Shown piece by piece: positions 1 through 9,421 of a stretch of 50,783 nucleotides of DNA. The translations under genes and the position numbers were made by a program. The stretch's first letter is position 1. Every line of letters begins with the position of its first letter. Source of the DNA: Minisyncoccota bacterium (GTDB lineage Bacteria > Patescibacteriota > Minisyncoccia > Phycocordibacterales > DATDWN01). The stretch is from contig DATDWZ010000016.1 in the NCBI GenBank assembly GCA_036517295.1, forward strand, positions 1 to 50,783, in the 5' to 3' direction. The notes beneath the pieces were generated by a model. That model saw only the letters and a list, made by a program, of their open reading frames with translations, searched no databases and was not told where the DNA came from.

Positions 1-1353
1 GGTCTCGTCGGTGCTTTGTATGTGCTGGATGAGCCAACCATTGGACTACACTCTCGTGATAACGACCGACTTATACAAACCCTACTCAAGCTTCGCGACC
101 TCGGTAACACTATTATTGTCGTTGAACATGACGAGGATACAATATTCGCTTCTGACTACATTGTAGATATTGGCCCGGGAGCCGGAGTGCATGGGGGGCA
201 TGTCGTTGTGGCGGGGGATTTGGATGAGCTCATTACCGCAAAGAAAAATACTTCTGGCTCTGTAACGCTCGACTATTTGCGAGGTGATAAGGTCGTGGAA
301 GTTCCGGAGGAAAGACGCGAAAGTCCAAAGGGCGAACTGCAGATTCGTGGCGGAAAGATATTCAATATAAAGAATATGAATGTGGATATTCCGCTTGGGC
401 GGTTCATTTCGGTTACAGGAGTATCTGGCTCTGGTAAATCATCTTTTGTGTATGAGATTTTACACAGGAACTTGCAAGCGCGATTTGAGAGAAAATATCG
501 TTCTGCAGATATATACAACTGCACATCTTTTACTGGTACGGAATATCTTGGTCGCTCCATCCTCATTGACCAGTCCCCAATAGGTCGTACTCCGCGCTCC
601 AATCCTGCCACATATACAGGTTCATGGACTTTTATCCGCGACTTATTTGCCGAATCTGCCGAAGCTCGTGCTCGTGGCTGGAAAGCAAATAGATTTTCTT
701 TCAACGTTAAAGGCGGTCGTTGCGAGACCTGTCAGGGCAACGGCATGATTGAGGTAGAAATGCACTTTTTGCCGACCGTTTATGTTCCGTGTGATGTTTG
801 TAAAGGTAAGCGGTTTATGAAAGAGACTCTAGAAGTACATTATAAAAAGAAAAGTATATATGATGTTTTGAAAATGACAGTTGAGGAGGCGCTTAAGTTT
901 TTTGAGGATATTCCATCCATATATGACCGCTTGAAATCAATGGACGATGTTGGTCTCGGATATTTAGAACTCGGTCAGTCGGCTACAACACTTTCCGGCG
1001 GTGAGGCACAGCGTGTGAAAATATCCTCGGAGTTGTATCGTCCGCATTTACAAAAAACTATTTATCTTCTTGATGAGCCGACCATAGGTCTTCACTACGA
1101 AGATGTGAAGAAGTTGATCGAAATATTGCAAAAGCTAGTGAATAAGGGTAACACAGTGCTTGTTATTGAACATAATATGGACATTATAAAATCTTCGGAC
1201 TATATTTTAGACATTGGTCCTGAGGGTGGTGACGGTGGCGGGCAGTTAGTGGCGAAGGGGACTCCGGAAGAGGTAGCGAATAATGAGAAGAGTTATACGG
1301 GGAAATATCTGAAAAAGGCTCTGAAACAGTATAGAGCTTACAGAAAAGAGTAG
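1..1353 (+). CDS. uvrA: Excinuclease ABC subunit A, 5'-truncated by window
   Basis: Walker A GVSGSGKS, LSGGEAQR signature, two LDEPTIGLH motifs, CxxC zinc finger. Confidence 0.97.
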   Translation, partial: GLVGALYVLDEPTIGLHSRDNDRLIQTLLKLRDLGNTIIVVEHDEDTIFASDYIVDIGPGAGVHGGHVVVAGDLDELITAKKNTSGSVTLDYLRGDKVVEVPEERRESPKGELQIRGGKIFNIKNMNVDIPLGRFISVTGVSGSGKSSFVYEILHRNLQARFERKYRSADIYNCTSFTGTEYLGRSILIDQSPIGRTPRSNPATYTGSWTFIRDLFAESAEARARGWKANRFSFNVKGGRCETCQGNGMIEVEMHFLPTVYVPCDVCKGKRFMKETLEVHYKKKSIYDVLKMTVEEALKFFEDIPSIYDRLKSMDDVGLGYLELGQSATTLSGGEAQRVKISSELYRPHLQKTIYLLDEPTIGLHYEDVKKLIEILQKLVNKGNTVLVIEHNMDIIKSSDYILDIGPEGGDGGGQLVAKGTPEEVANNEKSYTGKYLKKALKQYRAYRKE

Positions 1354-1411
1354 GTGTAACCCCGTACCGAGCTCGGCGGAGGTACTGGTGTGGCAGATAA
1401 TTTAGATACAG

Positions 1412-1440
1412 AAATGGGCGCCCGACTTACGGCGCCCACG
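1412..1440 (-). terminator. GC hairpin after the small minus-strand ORF
   Basis: TGGGCGCC/GGCGCCCA stem followed by TTTCT on minus strand. Confidence 0.5.
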
Positions 1441-1458
1441 ACTGAAAGAACACGACGG

Positions 1459-1572
1459 TTACTTTTTCTTGAGTAGCCTCTCGATCTCCACCAACCTGAT
1501 GTAGTTGAGGAGGGTGAACGAGAGGATGAAACCGAGCGAACCAAAGAGCATAACCGTTTCTACGTAAGTCAT
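1459..1572 (-). CDS. 37-aa hydrophobic peptide MTYVETVMLFGSLGFILSFTLLNYIRLVEIERLLKKK, candidate type I toxin (below ORF-track cutoff)
   Basis: Hand translation; AGGAG 8 nt before ATG; one TM-like segment plus KKK tail; GC hairpin downstream. Confidence 0.6.
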   Translation of the reverse strand: MTYVETVMLFGSLGFILSFTLLNYIRLVEIERLLKKK

Positions 1573-1609
1573 AGCAGGGTCTCCTGCTTGCTATAATATC
1601 ATACATATT

Positions 1610-2899
1610 ATGAATAGTCAATACATTGAAAAAATAATACCGAAACTGCCTGATACACCTGGTGTGTATTTGTTTAAGTCTAAAAAGCGAAAGGCTAAAG
1701 GCCAAAGTGAAATACTCTACATCGGAAAAGCAACCTCTCTTCGTGATAGAGTCAGGAGTTATTTTCAGCCAGACATATCAGACACTCGGAGCCCACTAAT
1801 TTCCAAAATGCTAGGTCAGTTCAGCGATATTGATTTTATAAAAACAGATTCGGTTTTGGAGGCTCTGGTCCTGGAAGCTCACCTCATAAAAAAGTATCAG
1901 CCGGAGGCCAACATAAAAGAAAAAGATAATAAAAGTTTTAATTTTGTTGTTATTACCAATGAAGATTTTCCGCGGGTGCTTACGATGCGTGGCAAAGAAT
2001 TACTGCAGGACTCTCTTACCAAGAACTCATCTCTTTCGATATATCGAAGGAAATCAAAAAAGGCGGCTATAAAGATTGCATATTCGTTTGGGCCTTTTCC
2101 GAATGGCAGCCAACTGCGAGAAGCTTTAAAAATAGTTCGTAAGATGTTTCCGTATCGGGATACCTGTGCGCTTTTGTCCGGCAAACCATGTTTCAACAGG
2201 CAAATCAGATTGTGTCCGGGGGTTTGTACTGGTGAGATAAGAAAAGAAGAATACGCCGAGATGATCAAGAATATAATCCTGTTCTTTGAGGGCAACAAGA
2301 AGCGTTTGATGAATAACCTTGAGAAACAAATGAAAACATTCTCAAATTCTTTAGAATTTGAGAAAAGTAATATAGTCAAAGGCTCGTTGTTTACTTTGAG
2401 ACATATTCAAGATATATCTTTGATAAAAGAAGATGTGTCAAAGAGTCCCTTTGACACAGGGTTTAGAATCGAGTCGTACGATATCGCTCACATGTCGGGG
2501 CAAAATGTTGTCGGGGTAATGACTGTGGTGGAGGATGGAGAGGCGAAGTTGTCTGATTATAGAAAATTTAAGATAAAAGACGATATCAGCCATGGCGTAA
2601 ATGATATTAAGTCACTGACAGAAATTTTGACTCGTCGGTTGGGACATATAGAATGGCGATTACCTGATTTAATTGTGGTGGACGGTGGAACAGCTCAAAA
2701 AAGAGCTGTCGAGAAAGTTCTGCACGATAACGGTCAGAATATTCCGGTTGTCTCGGTTGTAAAAGACGAGAGGCACAAACCTCGAGAAATACTTGGGGAT
2801 AAGAAATGGTTGGTGCACGAGCGAGAGATCCTACGTTCAAATGCTGAGGCTCATAGATTCGCTATAGCTTTCCATAAAAAACTGAGAAGAATTTTATAA
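1610..2899 (+). CDS. uvrC: UvrC (GIY-YIG, UVR and RNase H-like domains; C-terminal HhH apparently absent)
   Basis: LPDTPGVYLF...YIGKA, IESYDIAH, PDLIVVDGG, EAHRFAI; next to uvrA. Confidence 0.93.
   Translation: MNSQYIEKIIPKLPDTPGVYLFKSKKRKAKGQSEILYIGKATSLRDRVRSYFQPDISDTRSPLISKMLGQFSDIDFIKTDSVLEALVLEAHLIKKYQPEANIKEKDNKSFNFVVITNEDFPRVLTMRGKELLQDSLTKNSSLSIYRRKSKKAAIKIAYSFGPFPNGSQLREALKIVRKMFPYRDTCALLSGKPCFNRQIRLCPGVCTGEIRKEEYAEMIKNIILFFEGNKKRLMNNLEKQMKTFSNSLEFEKSNIVKGSLFTLRHIQDISLIKEDVSKSPFDTGFRIESYDIAHMSGQNVVGVMTVVEDGEAKLSDYRKFKIKDDISHGVNDIKSLTEILTRRLGHIEWRLPDLIVVDGGTAQKRAVEKVLHDNGQNIPVVSVVKDERHKPREILGDKKWLVHEREILRSNAEAHRFAIAFHKKLRRIL
2434..2458. repeat. Coding palindrome, copy 1 (inside uvrC)
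   Basis: TGTGTCAAAG-AGTCC-CTTTGACACA; 21-nt core identical to 20416-20436. Confidence 0.8.
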
Positions 2900-2995
2900 T
2901 TTTTGAATTTTTAATTTTATAAATAAATCTTAATTCTTAATTTTTAAACATTGATTCATTAGAAATTATTTAAAAATTACAAAATTAAAAATTTG
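2898..2995. repeat. AT-rich heptad-period imperfect palindrome, diverged copy
   Basis: AATTTTT-like units then AAAAATT-like units; shares ACATTGATT with the 6037 copy. Confidence 0.6.
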
Positions 2996-3026
2996 TGGAA
3001 CATGAGAGGGGTGTTATACTTATCAT

Positions 3027-4004
3027 ATGCAAACTCTTCCTCGTTCATTAAAAATAGGTGTACTTCGCGGAGGGCCGTCTCCAGAGTATGATGTGTCACT
3101 CCAGACCGGGGCAAATGTTTTACGACAACTCTCGGAGACGCACAACCCTATCGATATTTTCATTTCCAAAGACGGCAAATGGCACATCCAAGGTATCGAG
3201 CGGTCCCCCGAACGGATTTTGAAAAATGTGGATGTTATTTTTAATGCTATGCACGGCGAGTATGGCGAGGACGGTCAGGTACAGGCGGTTTTGGATCTCT
3301 ACGCTGTTCCGTATACCGGTTCCGGAAGGTATGAGTCGGCCATCGCCATGAATAAATGGTTGACGAAGGAAAAGTTAAAATCAGCCGGGATAAAAACTCC
3401 AGTTTCTTATCTCGTTCGGCAAACCGATTCGATTTCGGCAAAAGCCAAAGAAATTTTCAGTTCACTTCCTCATCCGCTTATCGTCAAACCGGCCTGTGGC
3501 GGTCCATCTGTCGGTTTACAAAAAGTCGATTCATACAGCGAATTCCTCTCTGCGCTTGAAAGTGTTTTGTCTGAGCACGGCTCGGCTATTGTGGAGGAAT
3601 ATATTGTCGGTAGAGAGGTAACCTGTGGGGTTGTAGATGGTTTACGCGGACAAGAAACATATTCTTTGCCGGTTGTTGAGATAGTTCCTCCGAAAGGCAA
3701 GTTATTTGATTATGAATCAAAGTATAACGGTAAGAGCAAGGAAATCTGCCCCGGCAATTTTAGTCAGGCCGAAAAAAAAGAAATAGAAAGAATGTCCGCT
3801 CTTGTCCATAAGAATCTTGGATTACTCCACTACTCTCGTTCCGATTTTATTGTGTCGCCACGCCGAGGAATATATTTTTTGGAAGTTAATACACTGCCTG
3901 GACTTACAAAGGAGTCCCTTTTACCGAAATCCCTAGAAGCCATCGGAGTTTCGGTTAAGGATTTTTTACATCATGTTATCGGTCTTGCTTTGGAGAGAAA
4001 ATAA
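3027..4004 (+). CDS. ddl: D-alanine--D-alanine ligase
   Basis: GGPSPEYDVSL, HGEYGEDG, FDYESKY, LEVNTLPG. Confidence 0.95.
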   Translation: MQTLPRSLKIGVLRGGPSPEYDVSLQTGANVLRQLSETHNPIDIFISKDGKWHIQGIERSPERILKNVDVIFNAMHGEYGEDGQVQAVLDLYAVPYTGSGRYESAIAMNKWLTKEKLKSAGIKTPVSYLVRQTDSISAKAKEIFSSLPHPLIVKPACGGPSVGLQKVDSYSEFLSALESVLSEHGSAIVEEYIVGREVTCGVVDGLRGQETYSLPVVEIVPPKGKLFDYESKYNGKSKEICPGNFSQAEKKEIERMSALVHKNLGLLHYSRSDFIVSPRRGIYFLEVNTLPGLTKESLLPKSLEAIGVSVKDFLHHVIGLALERK

Positions 4005-4034
4005 TGTAAAATAAGCCAATAATAGCCTCAAGGT

Positions 4035-4107
4035 GGGCCCTTAGCTCATCTGGTAGAGCACCTCATTTGCAATGAGGGGGTGGCAGGTTCGAGTCCTGTA
4101 GGGTCCA
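4035..4107 (+). tRNA. tRNA-Ala(TGC), CCA not encoded
   Basis: GGGCCCT/AGGGTCC acceptor with G3:U70, CCTCA-TTTGCAA-TGAGG anticodon arm, GGTTCGAGTCC T arm. Confidence 0.96.
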
Positions 4108-4194
4108 CCTTGGTGCTATTGTTTAAAGAAAAAATCAATCCGCTTTTGTTGATTGGTTTTTTCTAAAAATGATTTTATAATCAGTTAGTTAAAA

Positions 4195-4228
4195 GGACCT
4201 ATAGTTAAGTGGTATAATGACCACCTAC
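4195..4228 (+). pseudogene. 5' half of a tRNA, possibly Arg(ACG), ending in the anticodon loop
   Basis: GGACCTA-TA-GTTA-AGTGGTA-TAAT-G-ACCAC-CTAC; no T arm or 3' acceptor follows. Confidence 0.5.
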
Positions 4229-5196
4229 TTCCACCTCGTCTTTATGTATTCCTCCGTTTCGCTCATAGAGAACGGTTGAGTTGAGTTGCCGACGCGGACG
4301 AAAAAATCTTCTTTATTATCGCCGTTTCGGAGGTAAGCCGGTTTATGACTTTCTCCGACCGAGACCAAACAAACTTCTTTTTCATTTAACCTTTCGAATT
4401 TAATACTGATGTATTTTGCGAAGGGTAATCCTATCATGGTTTTCACCAACATACTGATGTGGTTTTCAAATCCGTCATGGTTTTTTCGCGGGAGAGTTTT
4501 GAAATCGTTTTCAAGCCCAACCACTTGTCCGGCGTCGTTCACTCCGATTAGAAGCGTTCCACCGTCCGTGTTCATAAAAGCCACTATTGTTTTCATTACC
4601 ATTTTTTCCATATCACGACCGACCTCGCGTTTTCTCGTATCCCATCGCAAAGTCTCTTTGAATTCCACGAACCTACCTTCACCTTCACGAATAAACCTAG
4701 AAACATCTCCCGAATCCGAGTGAGTTTTGTTACGGGTCAGTTGTTTCAGGATGTGAACATAGTCGTCTGCGTTTATGATATTTTTTATTTTTGTAATTCT
4801 CTCCGTGCCGTGGTGAAGGATGATGGTGGAATGATGCATCATCCGACTCAAAGGGGATTGGTATGTTTCAACCCCGACAACATCCGAAAGACTGACGGAT
4901 TTTCTATGACGGAATAAAAGTCCTGACTTATGAGTTATCTCTTTGTCGGTCACTTCAAAGTGAGAAAAATACCAATCTAAGAAAAGTAGAGAAACATATA
5001 CCAGTTGAAAGATTGAGAAACCGACAATCAAAAATATATCGTAACGAATTAATTTGGCGATTCCCCATATGACATAGAGAGTTTGCCAGTTTTCAAGAAA
5101 AGATATAGCATAAAGCGAAAATCCGAGAATTAATTCCATTACTAAAACATTCCGCAGGAATACCAGAGGGCCTTCTTTTATTATCACTCGGCGCAT
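4225..5196 (-). CDS. 2-TM + bacterial PH domain + AlbA_2/Schlafen-like domain protein
   Basis: Two N-terminal hydrophobic helices, FEVTDKEI..SGLLFR PH-like segment, EGRFVEFKETL and AFMNTDGGTLLIGVND AlbA_2 motifs. Confidence 0.8.
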   Translation of the reverse strand: MRRVIIKEGPLVFLRNVLVMELILGFSLYAISFLENWQTLYVIWGIAKLIRYDIFLIVGFSIFQLVYVSLLFLDWYFSHFEVTDKEITHKSGLLFRHRKSVSLSDVVGVETYQSPLSRMMHHSTIILHHGTERITKIKNIINADDYVHILKQLTRNKTHSDSGDVSRFIREGEGRFVEFKETLRWDTRKREVGRDMEKMVMKTIVAFMNTDGGTLLIGVNDAGQVVGLENDFKTLPRKNHDGFENHISMLVKTMIGLPFAKYISIKFERLNEKEVCLVSVGESHKPAYLRNGDNKEDFFVRVGNSTQPFSMSETEEYIKTRWK

Positions 5197-5224
5197 ATTT
5201 GTATGTTAGCACACCTTCTCTAGG

Positions 5225-6019
5225 TCAGTAGTACCTCTCTATGTTTCTTTTATGTTCCTCGTAGGTTTTTGAGCAATGGATCCTTCTCTTTTTATCGTGC
5301 AGATAGAAGATGCAAGAGGTTTTTTGTGGGTTGTATGTGGCATCAATAGCAGCAAATCCGGGGTTTGATATGGCCGATGGGGGTAATCCGGCATGAGCAT
5401 ATGTATTATAAAAAGAAACTATTTTTTTATCGGCCGGAGTGACCTGGCTCCACCAACCATCTTCCTGGCTACCTTTGGCGTATTGCAAAGTGGCATCAAC
5501 CTGTAGTTTCATACCCTTGAATATTCTGTTCCAAAGTATTCCAGATATCAGTTTCATATCGCTTTTGCCACCGGCTTCTCTTTGGATAATTGAGGCGATG
5601 GTCAAAGCCATCTTGGGGTTTATTATTTGGGTCGATTTTGGTTTCTTGATTTTACTTGTCTCATTTGCATATTCGTGGAACATTTTACTAGAAACCCCGA
5701 CAGGATCCTCGTCTTTGTGAATCATGTAAGTTTTTGGGAAATATCGGCCTTCCAGATTATCCGTATTTAGGGCCAAATGCATGTTGATGAAAGCGTCTTT
5801 CTCGGTCTCGTCCCAGGCGAGTTTTGTAGCCATGATATTGGCGATTTCTTCTTTACGCAGGCCTTCCGGAACTCTGATTATACGAACAGAAGGATTGGCC
5901 AGGGCTTCATAAAATGACAGGCTGGCTAATAGAGTCGGGTCGAGGTTGTAGTATTTGACGAGACCAACGAGGATACCTAGAGAGAGAAGGAATAAAATGA
6001 TAAGATACCGAAGTTTCAT
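5225..6019 (-). CDS. mltG: Short MltG/YceG-family endolytic transglycosylase
   Basis: IASIIQRE, LQVDAT, YNTY..GLPP..ISNPG. Confidence 0.85.
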   Translation of the reverse strand: MKLRYLIILFLLSLGILVGLVKYYNLDPTLLASLSFYEALANPSVRIIRVPEGLRKEEIANIMATKLAWDETEKDAFINMHLALNTDNLEGRYFPKTYMIHKDEDPVGVSSKMFHEYANETSKIKKPKSTQIINPKMALTIASIIQREAGGKSDMKLISGILWNRIFKGMKLQVDATLQYAKGSQEDGWWSQVTPADKKIVSFYNTYAHAGLPPSAISNPGFAAIDATYNPQKTSCIFYLHDKKRRIHCSKTYEEHKRNIERYY

Positions 6020-6036
6020 GAGGGAATTATAACATA

Positions 6037-6149
6037 CAAATTTCTAATTTCTAATTTTCAATTTCTAAACAATTTCCAATGAGCCAATTTCTAAATATTG
6101 AAAATTAAGACATTGATTGTAAATTGCAAAATTGAAAATTGAAAATTTG
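6037..6149. repeat. AT-rich heptad-period imperfect palindrome
   Basis: (AATTTCT)n ... (GAAAATT)n; ATTGATTGTAAATTGCAAAATTG shared with 42130-42231. Confidence 0.8.
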
Positions 6150-6166
6150 TTTGTTACAATTTAGAC

Positions 6167-6742
6167 ATGACTAGAAAGGTATTTATTCTTGCGGGACATC
6201 CTGACACAGACAGTATGTGTGTAGAACTGTGTGACGCTTATGCAAAAGGCGCCAGGAGTTCGGGGTACGAAGTAAAACGTACTAACCTCGGTGATATGAA
6301 GTTTGACCCAATATTACACAAAGGATACAGAGTTATACAGGAACTTGAACCGGATTTGAAACAGTTCCAGGAAGATGTTAGGTGGTGCGACCACTTGGTT
6401 ATAGTCTATCCTTCATGGTGGTCAACAATGCCAGCTTTACTCAAGGGATTGTTCGACCGAGCCTGGCTTCCAGGTTTTGCATATAAGTTTTTGCCGAGCG
6501 GTTTGGGTTGGAGGCGACTTCTCAAGGGCAGAACGGGGAGGGTATTCGTTACGTCCGACTCAGCACCTTTTCTTGCCAGGTTTTTGTTTGGCGACAACAC
6601 TAATGAGATACAAGATGGAATACTTTGGTTTTCCGGTATTCACACGAAAATGAAAAAATGCGGACCGATGAAAAAAATCTCTCCCGAGCGTCGGATAAAG
6701 TGGGTAGAGAAATTTATAAAGTTTGGTCAAAGAGCCTATTAG
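6167..6742 (+). CDS. Flavodoxin-fold NAD(P)H-dependent oxidoreductase (MdaB/KefF-like)
   Basis: GHPDTDS, YPSWWSTMPALLKGLFDR..PGFAY. Confidence 0.88.
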   Translation: MTRKVFILAGHPDTDSMCVELCDAYAKGARSSGYEVKRTNLGDMKFDPILHKGYRVIQELEPDLKQFQEDVRWCDHLVIVYPSWWSTMPALLKGLFDRAWLPGFAYKFLPSGLGWRRLLKGRTGRVFVTSDSAPFLARFLFGDNTNEIQDGILWFSGIHTKMKKCGPMKKISPERRIKWVEKFIKFGQRAY

Positions 6743-6831
6743 ACATTTATAGGTTCGATATGGTATAAAACACTACGAAAGGTGGATGCTCATCCATCGT
6801 AAGTACAAAAGTTTTCTGGGAGGGTAATCGT

Positions 6832-7125
6832 ATGTTACATCGCAGTTGGACCAGGACCGATGACGAGGGCCGGGAGGTCATCGAATCCGTTGGGCTCTAC
6901 GAACCCAATCTCGGTGAGTTCCGAGTCGGCCAGGATGTTCGTGTCAACGATAAGGCGTATGCTCGCGCTGGCTTTACTGCCGGACGCGAGGGCAGAATCG
7001 CTAGGCTCGAGAAGCCCAGTGTGGATGTGTTCATCTGGGTCGGGTTTCCTGGCGACACCCAGCAGTGGAATCTCCGCCCAGGCGAGCTCGATCTTATCTA
7101 TCCGGACGACGGCATCGAGAGCTGA
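6832..7125 (+). CDS. GC-rich orphan, possible SH3/KOW-like fold
   Basis: GGGAGG SD; FRVGQDVRV...GREGRI...LRPGELDLI pattern. Confidence 0.6.
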   Translation: MLHRSWTRTDDEGREVIESVGLYEPNLGEFRVGQDVRVNDKAYARAGFTAGREGRIARLEKPSVDVFIWVGFPGDTQQWNLRPGELDLIYPDDGIES

Positions 7126-7145
7126 GCGTCTGATTGGAGGTTTTC

Positions 7146-7346
7146 GTGCGACAGAAACAGTGGCAGAATTACACCGGCGCTTGCATCTACTGCGGGGCCA
7201 TACGACGGCTTCGGCGGGACGGCTTCGTTCCAGTCCATCTCTCTCCGCGTGGGTGTCCGGTGGAACATCGGGTTTCGTGCGAGCCCTACTGGCCGAAGTT
7301 CGGTACTATTCGTCGGATCCGGCCAGTACTACGCGCGGCGTTGTGA
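7146..7346 (+). CDS. GC-rich orphan with CxxC...H...C motif (GTG start preferred over 7134)
   Basis: GGAGG 5 nt before GTG; terminator follows. Confidence 0.5.
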   Translation: MRQKQWQNYTGACIYCGAIRRLRRDGFVPVHLSPRGCPVEHRVSCEPYWPKFGTIRRIRPVLRAAL

Positions 7347-7367
7347 GCGGTGTTCGTGCGACCAAGG

Positions 7368-7401
7368 GTCGTGGCTGATGGTAGCCACGATCTTTTTTTT
7401 T
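7368..7401 (+). terminator. Intrinsic terminator
   Basis: GTCGTGGCT/AGCCACGAT stem plus T run. Confidence 0.8.
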
Positions 7402-7413
7402 ATAAAAATCAGG

Positions 7414-7488
7414 TTGACCCGGTAGTGAATTTTGGCATAGCGCTTCGCGCAGGCAATCTTGCAATGCCAAAATTCACTACCGGGTTGA
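7414..7488 (+). mobile_element. Family B inverted-repeat element, copy 1, flanked by TTGA direct repeats
   Basis: Perfect 21-bp IR 7418-7438/7464-7484; second copy at 39434-39509. Confidence 0.75.
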
Positions 7489-7512
7489 TAATTTCTATTT
7501 TATATCTATAAT
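7485..7512 (+). promoter_or_regulatory. Sigma70-type promoter
   Basis: TTGATA-16 nt-TATAAT. Confidence 0.6.
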
Positions 7513-7566
7513 CACGTACAGGGTGAGCGATCGCTCACATAGTTCGTAATGTGGAGGAGTGTCTGT

Positions 7567-7854
7567 ATGACCGACAAGGTCAGTCTCGAAGGGAAGGAAT
7601 ACTCGGTCGGGCAGAGTCTCCGGCTGAAGGGTTTTGTGGCGATGGGGATTCCGGTCGGACAGCGGATCAAGGTGGCGGAGCTCCGAGATCCGAAGGAGCG
7701 TCTGGAGTTCATCGGTGCGGACCTCGACTGGATCGACGAGAGGCTGTGGTTCACAGCTGGGGACATCCTGGAACTCCCGTCACCGGCCTACAACGACTTT
7801 GGCGGGACGGGTGATCCGCAATTCTTTCCGGCCCGCACGGGGGGAGGACTCTAG
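7567..7854 (+). CDS. GC-rich orphan, possible SH3-like fold
   Basis: GGAGGAG SD before ATG 7567; hairpin with T run at about 7871-7924. Confidence 0.6.
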   Translation: MTDKVSLEGKEYSVGQSLRLKGFVAMGIPVGQRIKVAELRDPKERLEFIGADLDWIDERLWFTAGDILELPSPAYNDFGGTGDPQFFPARTGGGL

Positions 7855-8011
7855 GGTCTGATGGTGGGTTAAAAAGTTCTGTGGCACACGGGCAAGACAC
7901 GCCCCGACTGCCGCAGAACTTTTTGTGTTTACGGGCTATTTTTATTAAATACTGATAGACTTTAAGTAGAGACATTTCATAATGAGATGTCAGTCCTTTC
8001 AAGGGGGCCTC

Positions 8012-9421
8012 ATGAACCGAGAAATAATTCAAGGTGGCATGGGGATTTACGTATCAAACCCCCATTTGGCCAAGATGACCTCAACGGCCGGTGCACTCGG
8101 CACGGTGTCCGGGACCGGTTTCGAGCGGATCCTTCCGCACCTTCTTCAGCTTGGAGATATCGGTGGCCACTACAGACGAGCGCTTGCTCATTTTCCGTTT
8201 CCGGAAGTTTCGGAACGGCTCTTGGCCAAGTATTTCGTTGAAGGTGGCAAACCTCTCGACCAAGACTTCAGGCGGGTACCAGCGTTCAGCATGACGCCGA
8301 GTCGTGAACTCATCGAGTTCACGGTTGCCGCTAGTTTCTGTGCCGTGTGGCTTTCGAAAGAAGGTCATGACGGGCCGATTAGCGTCAATTATTTAGAGAA
8401 ACTCCAGATTCCGCACATCTTCCATCTCACAGGGGCAATGCTCGCGGGCGTTGACTATGTGACCATGGGTGCGGGGATCACTCTCCAGATTCCCGGGGTT
8501 CTTGACGCCGTCACACAAGGCGGAGTTCTAAACTACCGCGTCTCGGTTGAGGGAGGTAATTCTCCAACCCAGACGATTAGCTTCAATCCACGCGAGTTTT
8601 TCGGGGAGAATTTCCCACGAGAACTTAAGCGACCGGGGTTTCTGCCGATCGTTTCGACCGACGCACTGGCTGGATTGATGGTCCACAAACTACCGGCCGG
8701 AAGCGTCCAGGGGTTCGTTGTGGAACTGCCGACCGCCGGTGGCCACAACGCTCCGCCACGAGGGCGAGAGAAAGTCTTCGACGACAAAGGTCAGCCCGTC
8801 TACGGCGAGAGAGACGAAGTGAACTTTGAGAAGCTGAAAAACCTGGGAATTCCTTTCTGGATTGGCGGCTCGTTCGCTTCACCAGAGGGTATCGCCAAGG
8901 CCCGGTCTCTTGGAGCGGTGGGGATTCAGGCCGGTTCGATTTTCGCGCTGAGCGAAGATTCCGGTTTGGACCCACACTATCGCCGGGAAATGCGTCGACT
9001 GGGATATCGAGGTGAACTCATTATTCACACCGACCCGACAGCGTCACCGACCAATTATCCGTTCAAGGTGCCACAACTCGCAGGGACGCAATCCGACCCG
9101 GTGATTTACGAAGCCAGAAAACGGATATGCGACAGGTCAGCGCTGACGGTGCCATACGCACTGCCCAACGGCAAAGTCGGTCTGCGGTGTTCAAGTGAAC
9201 CCGTGGCCGACTATGTCCGCAAGGGTGGGAAGATCGAAGACACCGTCGGTCGCCGTTGCCTCTGTAATGTTCTCTTCTCGGCGGTTGGGATCGGAAATCC
9301 GAACGAGCCCCCGATGTTTACACTGGGGGATGACGCAAGCTTCCTGTCTCATTTGATGAAGGATGAGGACGACTCCTACACAGCAGTAGATGCCATCCGG
9401 TATCTGCTGTCGCAAAAATAA
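8012..9421 (+). CDS. Nitronate monooxygenase (2-nitropropane dioxygenase)-family flavoprotein
   Basis: IIQGGMG, AGGHNAPPRG, GIQAGSIFA; GC-rich relative to flanks. Confidence 0.85.
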   Translation: MNREIIQGGMGIYVSNPHLAKMTSTAGALGTVSGTGFERILPHLLQLGDIGGHYRRALAHFPFPEVSERLLAKYFVEGGKPLDQDFRRVPAFSMTPSRELIEFTVAASFCAVWLSKEGHDGPISVNYLEKLQIPHIFHLTGAMLAGVDYVTMGAGITLQIPGVLDAVTQGGVLNYRVSVEGGNSPTQTISFNPREFFGENFPRELKRPGFLPIVSTDALAGLMVHKLPAGSVQGFVVELPTAGGHNAPPRGREKVFDDKGQPVYGERDEVNFEKLKNLGIPFWIGGSFASPEGIAKARSLGAVGIQAGSIFALSEDSGLDPHYRREMRRLGYRGELIIHTDPTASPTNYPFKVPQLAGTQSDPVIYEARKRICDRSALTVPYALPNGKVGLRCSSEPVADYVRKGGKIEDTVGRRCLCNVLFSAVGIGNPNEPPMFTLGDDASFLSHLMKDEDDSYTAVDAIRYLLSQK

